Shown in pieces: positions 60,763 to 64,000 of a stretch of 64,000 bases of DNA. Within the stretch, counting starts at the first letter, position 1, and each line of letters starts with the position of its first letter. The stretch spans positions 133,536 through 197,535 of the forward strand of contig CAWILE010000009.1 of the NCBI GenBank assembly GCA_963836835.1. Direction: 5' to 3'. Both the position numbers and the translations under genes were made by a program. The notes under the pieces are model-generated. The model was given only the letters and a program-made list of their open reading frames with translations, was not told where the DNA came from and ran no database searches. The DNA is from an uncultured Acidobacteriaceae bacterium. GTDB lineage: Bacteria > Acidobacteriota > Terriglobia > Terriglobales > Acidobacteriaceae.

Positions 60763-61905
60763 ATGGGGGAGCATGCCCGGATGATGGCTGCCTGGGAGAA
60801 GGCCCCCGGCGTGTGCGTGCTGGTCACCGTGGTGCGGACGCGAGGCTCATCGTATCGCTCGCCAGGCGCCCGCATGCTCATCCTGCCGGACGGCTCGCGC
60901 ATTGGCGCTGTGAGCGGCGGCTGCCTTGAAGGTGAACTCTGTCGGCGCGCACACTGGTGGACGTCCCAATCGCCCGCGATTCTTAAGACATTCGATACCT
61001 CAACGCAGGAAGACAATGAGGGCTTTGGCCTGGGCTGCGGCGGCGGCATCGACCTGCTGATAGAGCGACTTTCCCCGCCGGATGCCGCGGACGCATCGCA
61101 TCCCTTGCTCACGCAGGAGAACGTCAATCGAAGCCGCGAGACATCAGCGGCGGCTGTTGTCATCCATGCGACTACACCGTCTGGCATGAGCGTGGGCAAG
61201 CGGTTCGCAACCAAAGCAGAGACGCATGGGCAGATCGCCGCGGCATTACAGCGCTGCATGCATCTTGGGTATTCGTTCCTCCAGGAATTCCATGAAGGCC
61301 CGCTCTCGGGCTGCGGTGTCTTCCTGGAATCGCTCGTACCGCCGGTGCAGCTATTGGTATGTGGCGCCGGCACAGACGCTCAGCCGGTGGTGGCGCAAGC
61401 CGCGGCGCTGGGCTGGAGCGTCACGGTATTGGACGGGCGCGCAGATTTCGCGAGAGCGTCACGATTTCCTGAGGCGCAGCGAGTGATGGTCGCCAAAGAT
61501 GCATCCGCTTGCGGAGAGCTAAAACTGGACTCGCGCACTGCGGCCATCATCATGAGCCACAGCTTTGCCCAGGACGCGTTCTTTCTTGAAACGCTGCTCA
61601 CTCGCCCCGTCGGCTACCTTGGCGTGCTTGGATCCCGGCGTCGCACGCTCGATCTGCTCGCGCGTCTGGGACTCGACGCCGTGCCGCCCGGGGTGCACGC
61701 GCCTGCCGGCCTGGACATCGGCGCCGAGACTCCGGAGCAGATCGCGCTCTCGATTCTCAGTGAGATGCAGGCGACCTTTACCGGAAGGCGCGGTGGCGCG
61801 TTGCGCGAGCGCGACGGCAGCATTCACGGACGCGAACTGAGCGGCGAACGTCTCGACGCCTCCGAGGTCCGGCCGGTTCCCATCCGCGACTGTGGCCTCC
61901 GATAA
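60763..61905 (+). CDS. XdhC/CoxI-family Moco insertion chaperone
   Basis: TRGSSYRSPGARM, VSGGCLE, GLGCGG, YLGVLGSRRR, APAGLDIGAETPEQIALSI. Confidence 0.9.
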   Translation: MGEHARMMAAWEKAPGVCVLVTVVRTRGSSYRSPGARMLILPDGSRIGAVSGGCLEGELCRRAHWWTSQSPAILKTFDTSTQEDNEGFGLGCGGGIDLLIERLSPPDAADASHPLLTQENVNRSRETSAAAVVIHATTPSGMSVGKRFATKAETHGQIAAALQRCMHLGYSFLQEFHEGPLSGCGVFLESLVPPVQLLVCGAGTDAQPVVAQAAALGWSVTVLDGRADFARASRFPEAQRVMVAKDASACGELKLDSRTAAIIMSHSFAQDAFFLETLLTRPVGYLGVLGSRRRTLDLLARLGLDAVPPGVHAPAGLDIGAETPEQIALSILSEMQATFTGRRGGALRERDGSIHGRELSGERLDASEVRPVPIRDCGLR

Positions 61906-62008
61906 CTCTTCTCTCTTTTAGTTCACGGTTGCGATGTGCGATCATGCGGTGTTTCTCCGCGGCAGATGCAGGCGTACACTCCCGCTGAATCTCTGACCGG
62001 ACAGATCG

Positions 62009-64000
62009 TTGACCATCGCAAACTTTACCGCACGGGATCTTGCGGCGACACCAGCGGCCTTCACGCTGCTCGGTCTGTTTGTTGTGGTGCCGGGTTATGT
62101 GCTCGGCGCACTCACCAATCTGTTCGACTTTCATCGCAGGAGCCTGCCGGCCCGATTCGCCATTGCTCTCTGTCTTTCCCTGGCGTTTGTCCCCATCGCT
62201 ACGTACTTCAACTGGCGATATGTACCGGGTGCGCCGTGGGCCCTTTGCGCGGCCAGTTGGCTGGTCTTTCCTGTGCTGGTGCTGCGAGATGCGCGCCGGC
62301 GAACCGCCGTGCGCCCGCCGCTATCAAGAGAAAGAAAGATTGTTCTGGCGCTGGCGGCCGGCTGGCTGGTGGTGGGCACGCTCACCCTGGTCGACATGCA
62401 GATCGGTCATCGGCTGTATTTTCACGTGGCCTCATTCGACTACACGTTGCGCGATTCGTTCACTGCTGCGATCGCGCGCAGCGGCGTGCCGCCCACAAAT
62501 CCGTACTACTATCCCGGGCACGCCTACCCGATGCGTTATCACTACTTCTGGTTCATGCTGTGCGCATTGGTGGCTCGACTCAGCGGCGGCATGGTGACGC
62601 CGCGGATCGCCGTCATCGCCGGAACTCTGTGGAGCGGCATCGCATTGATCGCGGTTGTCAGCCTGTACACGCAGATCCTCGCAGGCAGCGACGGCCAACG
62701 ACGGGACAGGCGGATGCTGGTGGCTGTGGGACTGCTGGGTGTGACTGGCCTGGATATTGTGCCGACCGCTATTACATTGCTGCTGACCGGGCGGCCGCTG
62801 GCGAGCAGCGAGTGGTGGAATGAGCCCGTCCTGTCATGGGTGAACTCCACGCTTTGGCAGCCGCATTCGGTAGCAGCGCTCGTAGCCTGCGTCACCGGCC
62901 TGCTGGCGGCATGGGAGAGCGCGCAGCGACGGGGCACGATGCGATGGGCGGGCGTCGGAATTTGTGGTCTGGCATTTGCGAGCGCCTGCGGGTTGTCGAT
63001 ATATGTAGCGGCCGTCTTCGGACTGTTTCTGGTGGTCTGGGCCATCACGCTGTTCTTCCGCGGCCGGCGGCAGGCAGCATGCGCCCATGCAGCGGCCGCG
63101 CTCATAGCGCTCTTGTTGTCGCTGCCTTATCTCCGCGCGCTGCTCGCCGGCGGCTCCCACGGCGGGCCGGCGCCGATCAGTTTCGCGGTGCGGCGGTTCT
63201 TTTTCGCTGAGTCGTTCGTCAGTCCTGCCGTGCCCCATTGGCACGCGGCGCTTGCCGATCTGTTTTCGCTGCCGTTGAATTATTTCCTGGAGTTTGGTTT
63301 TTTCTTCCTGGCTGGAATCGCATTCTTCAGAAGGCTCAGGGGGCGCGGCAGGCTGAGCGACGAAGACGCATTCGGCGTCGCGATGCTGGCCACCAGCCTG
63401 ATTGTTTGCTCGTTCCTGCAATCGAACACAATTGCAAACAATGACCTGGGCTGGCGCGGGATTCTTCTCGCGCAATTCATTCTGCTGCTGTGGGCGGCGC
63501 GGCTGTGGGACGATGGTCTCTTTCCGAGGCATCGGAAATGGCGGAGCGCGGCCGGCGTGCTGCTGATTCTTGGCGCGATGCCCACGCTCTATGACTTGAC
63601 GATGTTGCGCGCTTACCCTGTTCTGCTGGATGAACTGGCGATACCGCGGTACCACTGGCTGGCGCCGGATCACAAACTGGGCGAGCGAACCTACGCGCTG
63701 CGAACTACCTATGAAGCGCTGGATAGAATTCTTCCCGCGTCCGCCATCGTGCAGCAGTATCCGGGTACGAATCCGGGAGATATGTTCTACGGGCTCTATG
63801 CCAATCGGCAAACTGTGGCAGAGGGCCTGTCGTGCGGAGCAGTGTTTGGCGGCCCCCAAGCGCTATGCGCAGCGACATTGGCGGGAATCGAGCCGCTGTT
63901 TTCCTCGTCTGCACAGCTGAGTTATGCGCAGGTGGAGACAATCTGCCGCGACTATTCGATCGATGCCGTGGTTGTAAAAGATACCGACAGCGTGTGGCGC
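62009..64000 (+). CDS. Large multi-TM protein, GT-C-like, runs off the window
   Basis: Frame from TTG 62009 (LTIANFTARDL..VVVPGYVLG..FDYTLR..GVPPTNPYYYPG..YHYFWF); no stop seen, which is why it is missing from the ORF track. Confidence 0.7.
   Translation, partial: MTIANFTARDLAATPAAFTLLGLFVVVPGYVLGALTNLFDFHRRSLPARFAIALCLSLAFVPIATYFNWRYVPGAPWALCAASWLVFPVLVLRDARRRTAVRPPLSRERKIVLALAAGWLVVGTLTLVDMQIGHRLYFHVASFDYTLRDSFTAAIARSGVPPTNPYYYPGHAYPMRYHYFWFMLCALVARLSGGMVTPRIAVIAGTLWSGIALIAVVSLYTQILAGSDGQRRDRRMLVAVGLLGVTGLDIVPTAITLLLTGRPLASSEWWNEPVLSWVNSTLWQPHSVAALVACVTGLLAAWESAQRRGTMRWAGVGICGLAFASACGLSIYVAAVFGLFLVVWAITLFFRGRRQAACAHAAAALIALLLSLPYLRALLAGGSHGGPAPISFAVRRFFFAESFVSPAVPHWHAALADLFSLPLNYFLEFGFFFLAGIAFFRRLRGRGRLSDEDAFGVAMLATSLIVCSFLQSNTIANNDLGWRGILLAQFILLLWAARLWDDGLFPRHRKWRSAAGVLLILGAMPTLYDLTMLRAYPVLLDELAIPRYHWLAPDHKLGERTYALRTTYEALDRILPASAIVQQYPGTNPGDMFYGLYANRQTVAEGLSCGAVFGGPQALCAATLAGIEPLFSSSAQLSYAQVETICRDYSIDAVVVKDTDSVWR

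Noticed and set aside
60732-61373. N-terminal extension of the 407-aa ORF
   Set aside because: Antisense to xdhC; the nucleotidyltransferase begins at about 60731.
61936-62823. Listed ORFs 61936-62823, 62040-62597 and 62834-63859
   Set aside because: Off-frame or antisense to the real open frame starting at 62009.

Overview
GC-rich bacterial chromosomal segment. Gene style (Oar-like TonB-dependent receptors, ASPIC/UnbV-CRTAC proteins, many TPR proteins, tonB-exbB-exbD x3-TPR) points to Acidobacteriota; this is an inference. The window is almost fully coding. Housekeeping blocks: lptD-dsbA-surA, biotin carboxylase/BCCP, folK-tgt-yajC-secD-secF, nadD-rsfS...rlmH-cobO, accD. Accessory material is interleaved with these. 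It includes two intact TonB-dependent receptors and one deletion-eroded one, an MHYT-GGDEF-EAL protein, three GT-C-like membrane proteins and an orphan aldolase-HAD-ThDP operon. There is also an ~18 kb PUL-like locus: Tat AKR, LMF, TPR, TBDR, paired LacI-type palindromes, a CRTAC-ASPIC-redoxin-TPR fusion, CRTAC1, TPR and a Tat GH2. That locus is the best candidate for an uncharacterised system. Single-base indels in the CRTAC fusion (six) and the GH2 (two) look like sequencing error. I recognised no rRNA, tRNA, CRISPR array or transposase. All calls come from motif recognition by eye; no searches were run.
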